The notes under the pieces were generated by a model. That model was not told the DNA's origin and did no database searches. It worked only from the letters and a program-made list of their open reading frames with translations. Both the position numbers and the translations under genes were made by a program. From Euprymna scolopes (lineage: Eukaryota), in NCBI GenBank assembly GCA_053919585.1, contig CM132825.1: a stretch of DNA of 64,000 nucleotides; one strand, written 5' to 3'. Below are positions 22,041-35,300 of this stretch, piece after piece; positions within the stretch are counted from its first letter, which is position 1; the number at the start of each line of letters is the position of its first letter.

Positions 22041-22877
22041 CCGTAATCCTGTCTGTCCGTTTGTTTGTTTGTTCACAATTTGATTAATATATACAAAATT
22101 TCCTGCTGAAAACGGTTATCTATATAAATTTTATTTACTATAAGTTTTTCTGTATAAATAAATAGCATCACGATCAATATATATACACTATATTGAAGGC
22201 AATGTACATAATAGAACTAATCTAATTTGCATCTTATATTAAAGAAAATATTTTTAAATAATTCGCTCAATTAAAATTACTGATTATAGTAATGTAATTG
22301 ATGTAATTGTTCTAGTTAAGAGTATTATTTAAAGTTAATTTATTTAAATTATTTTAATTCAAGTTATTTTGTACTATTTGCTAAACTGGCACATTTTAAG
22401 TAATTTTCACTGATATTTCACTTCCGGTTATGAACGGATATAGTTTTTAACCAAATCGAGAGATATGGTGATAAAATGATTTGTTTTAATTATTTATTTT
22501 CTATAAATGTAAAAGTTACAAATATTGATAAAAAAAATAAATAATTAGGCCAAGGATGATTTTATTTTTAGACGAAATATTTTAAATCGTTAGCCTCTAT
22601 TAAAGTCTCGGCTATAAATGTCGATTCATTTTAAGGTCTGAGCACGTTTACCAAAAGGTTAAAATTTATTTCATACGGACGATTTTGAAATCATTTTTCA
22701 ACTATTCACTTGACTGTCTGAATTTTATTATCGTTTTCATAATACTTTGAACAAGAAACAAGGGAAAGTAATGCTTTTTATATCAGATATATTCCTACGC
22801 GTTTTTTTTCACTTTTCTTTTCTTCAATTTTCTTTTGAGAAAGATCTTATGTTTTCCTGTCTGGGTAATTGATTTAG

Positions 22878-23357
22878 TATAATATAGACCTGAACGTCTG
22901 TGTGTGTATGTGTGTGTGTTTGTGTGTGTGTCTGGTCACGAATAGACTCCTATATGGTTGACGATTATAGAAAACTGATCCCATATAATGATAGAAGATG
23001 TATTAAGACACAGGAATTGGTATGTTTGATCTGGCAGAACGGTGGTTCATAAAAATTGTGGGGTATGCGTTTGCGCCTGGTCCACAAAGTATGGATATAA
23101 AATATTAAAAAATAAAAAAAAACCGTTTACAGGGTTCTTTTACATAGATGTTCATAAGAATACTTTGATAAGTATGTTTAAACTTAAATAGGGATGGTAT
23201 AATAAAATTATGGGGTCTGCGTTCGCGCCTGGCCTCCATAGAATGCATATAGGTACAAACTTTAATAAAGTTTCCTCATATCAATCTGTGTAAGTATACT
23301 TCGATGATTATGTTTGAAGAAATATGGTATAATGAAATTATGTGGTGATCGTTCGCG
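22878..23357 (+). mobile_element. Putative non-autonomous Helitron/Helentron (HINE/DINE-like) left arm with internal ~130-150 bp tandem repeats
   Basis: Short AT-rich start, (GT)n microsatellite 22898-22930, then diverged repeats starting TGGT..AT.AAATT.TG.GGT...CGTT.GCG at 23043, 23195 and 23325. The tandem repeats are seen directly; the TE class is inferred from architecture only. Confidence 0.35.
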
Positions 23358-26300
23358 TTTGTACTCACTTAATCGGCTTGTATTTTTGTACTCACTTAAT
23401 CGGCTTGTATTTTTGTACTCACTTAATCGGCTTGTATTTTTGTACTCACTTAATCGGCTTGTATTTTTGTACTCACTTAATTGGGTTGTATTTTTGTACT
23501 CACTTAATCGGCTTGTATTTTTGTACTCACTTAATCGGCTTGTATTTTTGTACTCACTTAATCGGCTTGTAATTTGTACTCACTTAATCGGCTTTTATTT
23601 TTGTACTCACTTAATCGGCTTTTATTTTTGTACTACCCTTAATTGGCTTGTATTTTTGTACTCACTTAATCGGCGTGTATTTTTGTACTCACTTAATCGG
23701 CTTTTATCTTTGTACTCACTTAATTGGCTTTTATTTTTGTACTCACTTAATTGGCTTGTATTTTTGTACTCACTTAATCGGCTTGTATTTTTGTACTCAC
23801 TTAATCGGCTTTTATCTTTGTACTCACTTAATTGGCTTTTATTTTTGTACTCACTTAATTGGCTTGTATTTTTGTACTCACTTAATTGGGTTGTATTTTT
23901 GTACTCACTTAATCGGCTTTTATTTTTGTACTCACTTAATTGGGTTGTATTTTTGTACTCACTTAATCGGCTTGTATTTTTGTACTCACTTAATCGGCTT
24001 GTATTTTTGTACTCACTTAATCGGCTTTTATCTTTGTACTCACTTAATTGGCTTTTATTTTTGTACTCACTTAATCGGCTGGTATTTTTGTACTCACTTA
24101 ATCGGCTTGTATTTTTGTACTCACTTAATTAGGATGTATTTTTGTACTCACTTAATCGGCTTTTGATTTTGTACTCACTTAATTGGGTTGTATTTTTGTA
24201 CTCACTTAATCGGCTTTTATTTTTGTACGCACTTAATTGGGTTGTATTTTTGTACTCACTTAATCGGCTTGTATTTTTGTACTCACTTAATCGGCTTTTA
24301 TCTTTGTACTCACTTAATTGGCTTTTATTTTTGTACTCACTTAATTGGCTTGTATTTTTGTACTCACTTAATTCGCTTGTATTTTTGTACTCACTTAATC
24401 GGCTTTTATTTTTGTACTCACTTAATTGGGTTGCATTTTTGTACTCACTTAATCGGCTTTTATTTTTGTACTCACTTAATTGGGTTGTATTTTTGTACTC
24501 ACTTAATCGGCTTGTATTTTTGTACTCACTTAATCGGCTTTTATCTTTGTACTCACTTAATTGGCTTTTATTTTTGTACTCACTTAATCGGCTTGTATTT
24601 TTGTACTCACTTAATCGGCTTGTATTTTTGTACTCACTTAATCGGCTTGTATTTTTGTACTCACTTAATCGGCTTGTATTTTTGTACTAACTTAATTGGG
24701 TTGTATTTTTGTACTCACTTAATCGGCTTTTATTTTTGTACTCACTTAATTGGCTTTTATTTTTGTACTCACTTAATTGGCTTGTATTTTTGTACTCACT
24801 TAATTGGCTTTTATTTTTGTACTCACTTAATCGGCTTTTATCTTTGTACTCACTTAATTGGCTTTTATTTTTGTACTCACTTAATCGGCTTTTATCTTTG
24901 TACTAACTTAATTGGCTTTTATTTTTGTACTCACTTAATCGGCTTTTATTTTTGTACTCACTTAATCGGCTTGTATTTTTGTGCTCACTTAATTAGGTTG
25001 TATTTTTGTACTCACTTAATCGGCTTTTGATTTTGTACTCACTTAATTGGGTTGTATTTTTGTACTCACTTAATCGGCTTTTACTTTTGTACGCACTTAA
25101 TTGGGTTGTATTTTTGTACTCACTTAATCGGCTTGTATTTTTGTACTCACTTAATCGGCTTTTATCTTTGTACTCACTTAATTGGGTTGTATTTTTGTAC
25201 TCACTTACTTGGCCTTTATTTTTGTACGCACTTAATTGGGTTGTATTTTTGTACTCACTTAATCGGCTTGTATTTTTGTACTCACTTAATCGGCTTTTAT
25301 TTTTGTACTCACTTAATTGGGTTGTATTTTTGTACTCACGTAATTGGCTTTTATTTTTGTACTCACTTAATTGGGTTGTATTTTTGTACTCACTTAATCG
25401 GCTTGTATTTTTGTACTCACTTAATCGGCTTTTATCTTTGTACTCACTTAATCGGCTTGTATTTTTGTACTCACTTAATCGGCTTGTATTTTTGTACTCA
25501 CTTAATTGGGTTGTATTTTTGTACTCACTTAATCGGCTTTTATTTTTGTACTCACTAAATTGGCTTTTATTTTTGTACTCACTTAATTGGCTTGTATTTT
25601 TGTACTCACTTAATCGGCTTGTATTTTTGTACTCACTTAATCGGCTTTTATCTTTGTACTCACTTAATTGGCTTTTATTTTTGTACTAACTTAATTGGCT
25701 TGTATTTTTGTACTCACTTAATTGGCTTGTATTTTTGTACTCACTTAATCGGCTTTTATTTTTGTACTCACTTAATTGGCTTTTATTTTTGTACTCACTT
25801 AATCGGCTTTTATTTTTGTACTCACTTAATTGGCTTTTATTTTTGTACTCACTTAATCGGCTTTTATCTTTGTACTCACTTAATTGGGTTGTATTTTTGT
25901 ACTCACTTAATCGGCTTTTATTTTTGTACTCACTTAATCGGCTTTTATTTTTGTACTCACTTAATCGGCTTGTATTTTTGTACTAACTTAATTGGCTTGT
26001 ATTTTTGTACTCACTTAATTCGCTTGTATTTTTGTACTCACTTAATCGGCTTGTATTTTTGTACTCACTTAATTGGCTTTTATTTTTGTACTCACTTAAT
26101 CGGCTTGTATTTTTGTACTCACTTAATCGGCTTGTATTTTTGTACTCACTTAATTGGCTTTTATTTTTGTACTCACTTAATTGGCTTGTATTTTTGTACT
26201 CACTTAATCGGCTTTTATTTTTGTACTCACTTAATCGGCTTTTATCTTTGTACTCACTTAATTGGCTTTTATTTTTGTACTAACTTAATTGGCTTGTATT

Positions 26301-29300
26301 TTTGTACTCACTTAATTCGCTTGTATTTTTGTACTCACTTAATCGGCTTTTATTTTTGTACTCACTTAATTGGGTTGTATTTTTGTACTCACTTAATCGG
26401 CTTGTATTTTTGTACTCACTTAATTGGCTTGTATTTTTGTACTCACTTAATCGGCTTTTATCTTTGTACTCACTTAATTGGCTTTTATTTTTGTACTCAC
26501 TTAATCGGCTTGTATTTTTGTACTCACTTAATCGGCTTGAATTTTTGTACTCACTTAATTAGGTAGTATTTTTGTACTCACTTAATCGGCTTTTGATTTT
26601 GTACTCACTGTATTGGGTTGTATTTTTGTACTCACTTAATCGGCTTTTATTTTTGTACGCACTTAATTGGGTTGTATTTTTGTACTCACTTAATCGGCTT
26701 GTATTTTTGTACTCACTTAATCGGCTTTTATCTTTGTACTCACTTAATTGGGTTGTATTTTTGTACTCACTTAATTGGCTTTTATTTTTGTACGCACTTA
26801 ATTGGGTTGTATTTTTGTACTCACTTAATCGGCTTGTATTTTTGTACTCACTTAATCGGCTTTTATTTTTGTACTCACTTAATTGGGTTGTATTTTTGTA
26901 CTCACTTAATTGGCTTTTATTTTTGTACTCACTTAATTGGGTTGTATTTTTGTACTCACTTAATCGGCTTGTATTTTTGTACTCACTTAATCGGCTTTTA
27001 TCTTTGTACTCACTAAATTGGCTTGTATTTTTGTACTCACTTAATCGGCTTGTATTTTTGTACCCACTTTATTGGGTTGTATTTTTGTACTCACTTAATC
27101 GGCTTTTATTTTTGTACTCACTTAATTGGCTTTTATTTTTGTACTCACTTAATTGTCTTGTATTTTTGTACTCACTTAATCGGCTTTTATTTTTGTACTC
27201 ACTTAATCGGCTTTTATCTTTGTACTCACTTAATTGGCTTTTATTTTTGTACTAACTTAATTGGCTTGTATTTTTGTACTCACTTAATTCGCTTGTATTT
27301 TTGTACTCACTTAATCGGCTTTTATTTTTGTACTCACTTAATTGGCTTGTTTTTTTGTACTCACTTAATCGGCTTGTATTTTTGTACTCACTTAATTGGC
27401 TTGTATTTTTGTACTCACTTAATCGGCTTTTATCTTTGTACTCACTTAATTGGCTTTTATTTTTGTACTCACTTAATCGGCTTGTATTTTTGTACTCACT
27501 TAATCGGCTTGTATTTTTGTACTCACTTAATTAGGTTGTATTTTTGTACTCACTTAATCGGCTTTTGATTTTGTACTCACTTAATTGGGTTGTATTTTTG
27601 TACTCACTTAATCGGCTTTTATTTTTGTACGCACTTAATCGGCTTGTATTTTTGTACTCACTTAATCGGCTTGTATTTTTGTACTCACTTAATCGGCTTG
27701 TATTTTTGTACTCACTTAATCGGCTTGTATTTTTGTACTCACTTAATCGGCTTTTATTTTTGTACTAACTTAATTGGGTTGTATTTTTGTACTCACTTAA
27801 TCGGCTTGTATTTTTGTACTACCTTAATCGGCTTTTATCTTTGTACTCACTTAATCGGCTTGTATTTTTGTACTCACTTAATCGGCTTGTATTTTTGTAC
27901 TCACTTAATCGGCTTGTATTTTTGTACTCACTTAATCGGCTTGTATTTTTGTACTCACTTAATTGGGTTGTATTTTTGTACTCACTTAATCGGCTTGTAT
28001 TTTTGAACTCACTTAATCGGCTTTTATCTTTGTACTCACTTAATTGGCTTTTATTTTTGTACTCACTTAATTGGCTTGTATTTTTGTACTCACTTAATCG
28101 GCTTTTATTTTTGTACTCACTTAATCGGCTTTTATTTTTGTACTCACTTAATTGGGTTGTATTTTTGTACTCACTTAATCGGCTTGTATTTTTGTACTCA
28201 CTTAATTGGCTTGTATTCTTGTGCTCACTTAATCGGCTTTTATCTTTGTACTCACTTAATTAACTTTTATTTTTGTACTCACTTAATCGGCTTGTATTTT
28301 TGTACTAACTTAATCGGCTTGTATTTTTGTACTCACTTAATTAGGTTGTATTTTTGTACTCACTTAATCGGCTTTTGATTTTGTATTCACTTAATTGGGT
28401 TGTATTTTTGTACTCACTTAATTGGCTTTTATTTTTGTACTCACTTAATCGGCTTTTATTTTTGTACTCACTTAATCGGCTTTTGATTTTGTACTCACTT
28501 AATTTGGTTGTATTTTTGTACTCACTTTATCGGCTTTTATTTTTGTACTCACTTAATTGGCGTGTATTTTTGTATTCACTTAATCGGCTTTTATCTTTGT
28601 ACTAACTTAATCGGCTTTTATTTTTGTACTCACGTAATCGGCTTTTATCTTTGTACTCACTTAATTGGCTTGTATTTTTGTACTCACTTAATTGGCTTGT
28701 ATTTTTGTACTCACTAAATTGGCTTGTATTTTTGTACTCACTTAATGCGCTCTTATTTTGTACTCACTTAATTGGCTTTTATTTTTGTACTCACTTAATT
28801 GGCTTTTATTTTTGTACTCACTTAATTGGCTTTTATTTTTGTACTCACTTAATTGGCTTTTATTTTTGTACTCACTTAATCGGCTTTTATCTTTGTACTC
28901 ACTTAATTGGCTTGTATTTTTATACTCACTTAATTGGCTTGTATTTTTGTACTCACTAAATTGGCTTGTATTTTTGTACTCACTTAATGCGCTCTTATTT
29001 TGTACTCACTTAATTGGCTTTTATTTTTGTACTCACTTAATCGGCTTTTATCTTTGTACTCACTTAATCGGCTTTTATTTTTGTACTCACTTAATCGGCA
29101 TTTATTTTTGTACTCACTTAATTGGGTTGTATTTGTGTACTCACTTAATCGGCTTTTATTTTTGTACTCACTTAATCGGCTTGTATTTTTGTAGTCACTT
29201 AATAGGCTTTTATTTTTGTACTCACTTAATCGGCTTTTATTTTGTACTCACGTAATCGGCTTGTATTTTTGTACTCACTTAATCGGCTTGTATTTTAGTA

Positions 29301-32300
29301 CTCACTTAATCGGCTTTTATTTTTGTACTCACTTAATTGGGTTGTATTTTTGTACTCACTTAATCGGCTTGTATTTTTGTACTCACTTAATCGGCTTGCA
29401 TTTTTGTACTCACTTAATCGGCTTTTATTTTTGTACTCACTTAATTGGGTTGTATTTTTGTACTCACTACATTGGCTAGTATTTTTGTACTCACTTAATC
29501 GGCTTTTATCTTTGTACTCACTTAATTGGCTTTTATTTTTGTACTCACTTAATTGGCTTGTATTTTTGTACACTCTTTATCGGCTTTTATCTTTGTACTC
29601 ACTTAATTGGCTTTTATTTTTGTACTCACTTAATCGGCTTGTATCTTTGTACTCACTAAATTGGCTTGTATTTTTGTACTCACTTAATGCGCTCGTATTT
29701 TTTACTACCTTAATTGGCTTGTATTTTTGTACTCACTTAATCGGCTTTTATCTTTGTACTCACTTAATCGACTTTTATCTTTGTACTCACTAAATCGGCT
29801 TTTATTTTTGTACTCACTTAATTGGGCTGTATTTTTGTACTCACTTAATTGGGTTGTATTTTTGTACTCACTTAATCGGCTTTTATCTTTGTACTCACTT
29901 AATTGGGTTGTATTTCTGTACTCAATTGGCTTGTATTTTTGTACTCACTTAATTGGCTTGTATCTTTGCACTCACTTAATTGGCTTTTATCTTTGTACTC
30001 ACTTAATTGGCTTGTATTTTTGTACTCACTTAATCGGCTTGTATCTTTGTACTCACTTAATGCGCTCGTATTTTGTATTCACTTAATTGGCTTTTATGTT
30101 TGTACTCACTTAATCGGCTTGTATTTTTGTACTCACTTAATCGGCTTTTATTTTTGTACTCACTTAGTCGGCTTGTATTTTTGTACTCACTTAATCGGCT
30201 TTTATTTTTGTACTCACTAAATTGGCTTGTATTTTTGTAATCACTTAATTGGCTTGTATTTTTATACTCACTTAATTGGGTTGTATTTTTGTCCTCACTT
30301 AATCGGCTTGTATTTTTGTACTCACTTAATCGGCTTTTATTTTTTTACTCACTTAATCGGCTTTTATTTTTGTACTCACTTAATTGGGTTGTATTTTTGT
30401 ACTCACTTGGCTGGTATTTTTGTACTCACTTAATCGGCTTGTATTTTTGTACTCACTTAATCGGCTTTTATTTTTGTACTCACTTAATCGGCTTGTATTT
30501 TTGTACTCACTTAATCCGCTTTTATTGTTGTACTTACTTAATTGGCTTGTATTTTTGTACTCACTTAATTGGGTTGTATTTTTGTACTTACTTAATTGGG
30601 TTGTATTTTTGTACTCACTTAATTGGGTTGTATTTTTGTCCTCACTTAATCGGCTTTTTTTTTGTACTCACTTAATCGGCTTGTATTTTTGTACTCACTT
30701 AATCCGCTTTTATTGTTGTACTTACTTAATTGGGTTGTATTTTTGTACTCACTTAATTGGGTTGTATTTTTGTACTTACTTAATTGGCTTGTATTTTTGT
30801 ACTCACTTAATTGGGTTGTATTTTTGTCCTCACTTAATCGGCTTGTATTTTTGTACTCACTTAATCGGCTTTTATTTTTGTACTCACTTAATCGGCTTTT
30901 ATTTTTGTACTCACTTAATTGGGTTGTATTTTTTACTCACTTGGCTGGTATTTTTGTACTCACTTAATCGGCTTGTATTTTTGTACTCACTTAATCGGCT
31001 ATTTTTTCTGTACTTACTTAATTGGCTTGTATTTTTGTACTCACTTAATTCGCTTGTATTTTTGTACTCACTTAATTGGCTTTTATTTTTGTACTCACTT
31101 ACTCGGCTTGTATTTTTCTACTCACTTGATTGGCTTTTATTTTTGTACTCACTTAATTGGGTTGTATTTTTGTACTCACTTAATCGGCTTGTATTTTTGT
31201 ACTCACTTAATCGGCTTGTATTTTTGTACTCACTTACTCGGCTTGTATTTTTGTACTCACTTAATCGGCTTTTATTTTTGTACTCACTTAATTGGGTTGT
31301 ATTTTTGTACTCACTTAATTGGCTTTTATTTTTGTACTCACTTAATCGGCTTGTATTTTTGTACTCACTTAATCGGCTTGTATTTTTGTACTCACTTAAT
31401 CGGCTTTTATTTCTGTACTTACTTAATTGGCTTGTATTTTTGTACTCACTTAATTCGCTTGTATTTTTGTACTCACTTAATTGGCTTTTATTTTTGTACT
31501 CACTTACTCGGCTTGTATTTTTCTACTCACTTGATTGGCTTTTATTTTTGTACTCACTAAATTGGGTTGTATTTTTGTACTCACTTAATCGGCTTGTATT
31601 TTTGTACTCACTTAATCGGCTTGTATTTTTGTACTCACTTACTCGGCTTGTATTTTTGTACTCACTTAATCGGCTTTTATTTTTGTACTCACTTAATTGG
31701 GTTGTATTTTTGTACTCACTTAATTGGCTTTTATTTTTGTACTAACTTAATTGGCTTGTATTTTTATACTCACTAAATTGGCTTGTATTTTTGTACTCAC
31801 TTAATGCGCTCGTATTTTGTACTCACTTAATTGGCTTTTATTTTTGTACTCACTTAATCGGCTTTTATCTTTGTACTCACTTAATCGGCTTTTATTTTTG
31901 TACTCACTTAATCGGCTTTTATTTTTGTACTCACTTAATCGGCTTGTATTTTTGTACTCACTTAATTAGGTTGTATTTTTGTACTCACTTAATCGGCTTT
32001 TGATTTTGTACTCACTTAATTGGGTTGTATTTTTGTACTCACTTAATCGGCTTTTATTTTTGTACGCACTTAATTGGGTTGTATTTTTGTACTCACTTAA
32101 TCGGCTTGTATTTTTGTACTCACTTAATCGGCTTTTATCTTTGTACTCACTTAATTGGGTTGTATTTTTGTACTCACTTAATTGGCTTTTATTTTTGTAC
32201 GCACTTAATTGGGTTGTATTTTTTTACTCACTTAATCGGCTTTTATTTTTGTACTCACTTAATTGGCTTTTATTTTTGTACTCACTTAATTGGCTTGTAT

Positions 32301-35300
32301 TTTTGTACTCACTTAATCGGCTTTTATTTTTGTACTCACTTAATCGGCTTTTATCTTTGTACTCACTTAATTGGCTTTTATTTTTGTACTAACTTAATTG
32401 GCTTGTATTTTTGTACTCACTTAATTCGCTTGTATTTTTGTACTCACTTAATCGGCTTTTATTTTTGTACTCACTTAATTGGGTTGTATTTTTGTACTAA
32501 CTTAATCGGCTTGTATTTTTGTACTCACTTAATTGGCTTGTATTTTTGTACTCACTTAATCGGCTTTTATCTTTGTACTCACTTAATTGGCTTTTATTTT
32601 TTACTCACTTAATTGGCTTGTATTTTTGTACTCACTTAATCGGCTTTTATCTTTGTACTCACTTAATCGACTTTTATATTTGTACTCACTTAATCGGCTT
32701 TTATTTTTGTACTCACTTAATTGGGCTGTATTTTTGTACTCACTTAATCGGCTTGTATTTTTGTACTCACTGAATCGGCTTTTATTTTTGTACTCACTTA
32801 ATTGGGTTGTATTTTTGTACTCACTTAATCGGCTTTTATCTTTGTACTCACTTAATTGGGTTGTATTTTTGTACTCAATTGGCTTGTATTTTTGTACTCA
32901 CTTAATTGGCTTGTATCTTTGCACTCACTTAATTGGCTTTTATTTTTGTACTCACTTAATTGGCTTGTATTTTTGTACTCACTTAATCGGCTTGTATCTT
33001 TGTACTCACTTTATGCGCTCGTATTTTGTATTTACTTAATTGGCTTGTATTTTTGTACTCACTTAATCGGCTTGTATTTTTGTACTCACTTAATCGGCTT
33101 TTATTTTTGTACTCACTTAATCGGCTTGTATTTTTGTACTCACTTAATCCGCTTTTATTGTTGTACTTACTTAATTGGCTTGTATTTTTGTACTCACTAA
33201 ATTGGGTTGTATTTTTGTACTTACTTAATTGGGTTGTATTTTTGTACTCACTTAATTGGGTTGTATTTTTGTCCTCACTTAATCGGCTTTTTTTTGTACT
33301 CACTTAATCGGCTTGTATTTTTGTACTCACTTAATCCGCTTTTTTTGTTGTACTTACTTAATTGGGTTGTATTTTTGTACTCACTTAATTGGGTTGTATT
33401 TTTGTACTTACTTAATTGGCTTGTATTTTTGTACTCACTACATTGGGTTGTATTTTTGTCCTCACTTAATCGGCTTGTATTTTTGTACTCACTTAATCGG
33501 CTTTTATTTTTGTACTAACTTAATCGGCTTTTATTTTTGTACTCACTTAATTGGGTTGTATTTTTTACTCACTTGGCTGGTATTTTTGTACTCACTTTAT
33601 CGGCTTGTATTTTTGTACTCACTTAATCGGCTTTTATTTCTGTACTAACTTAATTGGCTTGTATTTTTGTACTCACTTAATTCGCTTGTATTTTTGTACT
33701 CACTAAATTGGCTTTTATTTTTGTACTCACTTACTCGGCTTGTATTTTTGTACTCACTTGATTGGCTTTTATTTTTGTACTCACTTAATTGGGTTGTATT
33801 CTTGTACTCACTTAATCGGCTTGTATTTTTGTACTTACTTAATCGGCTTGTATTTTTGTACTCACTTACTCGGCTTGTATTTTTGTACTCACTTAATCGG
33901 CTTTTATTTTTGTACTCACTTAATTGGGTTGTATTTTTGTACTCACTTCATTGGCTTTTATTTTTGTACTCACTTAATCGGCTTTTGTCTTTGTACTCAC
34001 TTAATTGGCTTTTATTTTTGTACTAACTTAATTGGCTTGTATTTTTATACTCACTAAATTGGCTTGTATTTTTGTACTCACTTAATGCTCTCGTATTTTG
34101 TACTCACTTAATTGGCTTTTATTTTTGTACTCACTTAATCGGCTTTTACGTTTGTACTCACTTAATCGGCTTTTATTTTTGTACTCACTTAATCGGCTTT
34201 TATTTTTGTACTCACTTAATCGGCTTGTATTTTTGTACTCACTTAATTAGGTTGTATTTTTGTACTCACTTAATCGGCTTTTGATTTTGTACTCACTTAA
34301 TTGGGTTGTATTTTTGTACTCACTTAATCGGCTTTTATTTTTGTACGCACTTAATTGGGTTGTATTTTTGTACTCACTTAATCGGCTTGTATTTTTGTAC
34401 TCACTTAATCGGCTTTTATCTTTGTACTCACTTAATTGGGTTGTATTTTTGTACTCACTTAATTGGCTTTTATTTTTGTACGCACTTAATTGGGTTGTAT
34501 TATTGTACTCACTTAATCGGCTTTTATTTTTGTACTCACTTAATTGGCTTTTATTTTTGTACTCACTTAATTGGCTTGTATTTTTGTACTCACTTAATCG
34601 GCTTTTATTTTTGTACTCACTTAATCGGCTTTTATCTTTGTACTCACTTAATTGGCTTTTATTTTTGTACTCACTTAATTCGCTTGTATTTTTGTACTCA
34701 CTTAATCGGCTTTTATTTTTGTACTCACTTAATTGGGTTGTATTTTTGTACTCACTTAATCGGCTTGTATTTTTGTACTCACTTAATTGGCTTGTATTTT
34801 TGTACTCACTTAATCGGCTTTTATCTTTGTACTAACTTAATTGGCTTTTATTTTTGTACTAACTTAATTGGCTTGTATTTTTGTACTAACTTAATTGGCT
34901 TGTATTTTTGTACTCACTTAATTCGCTTGTATTTTTGTACTCACTTAATCGGCTTGTATTTTTGTACTCACTTAATTGCTTGTTTTTTTGTACTCACTTA
35001 ATCGGCTTGTATTTTTGTACTCACTTAATTGGCTTGTATTTTTGTACTCACTTAATCGGCTTTTATCTTTGTACTCACTTAATTGGCTTTTATTTTTGTA
35101 CGCACTTAATCGGCTTGTATTTTTGTACTCACTTAATCGGCTTGAATTTTTGTACTCACTTAATTAGGTAGTATTTTTGTACTCACTTAATCGGCTTTTG
35201 ATTTTGTACTCACTGTATTGGGTTGTATTTTTGTACTCACTTAATCGGCTTTTATTTTTGTACGCACTTAATTGGGTTGTATTTTTGTACTCACTTAATC

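Noticed and set aside
22572-22660. Candidate next exon of the VWA-like gene after TTTTTAG
   Set aside because: The required phase gives D-E-I-F-stop.
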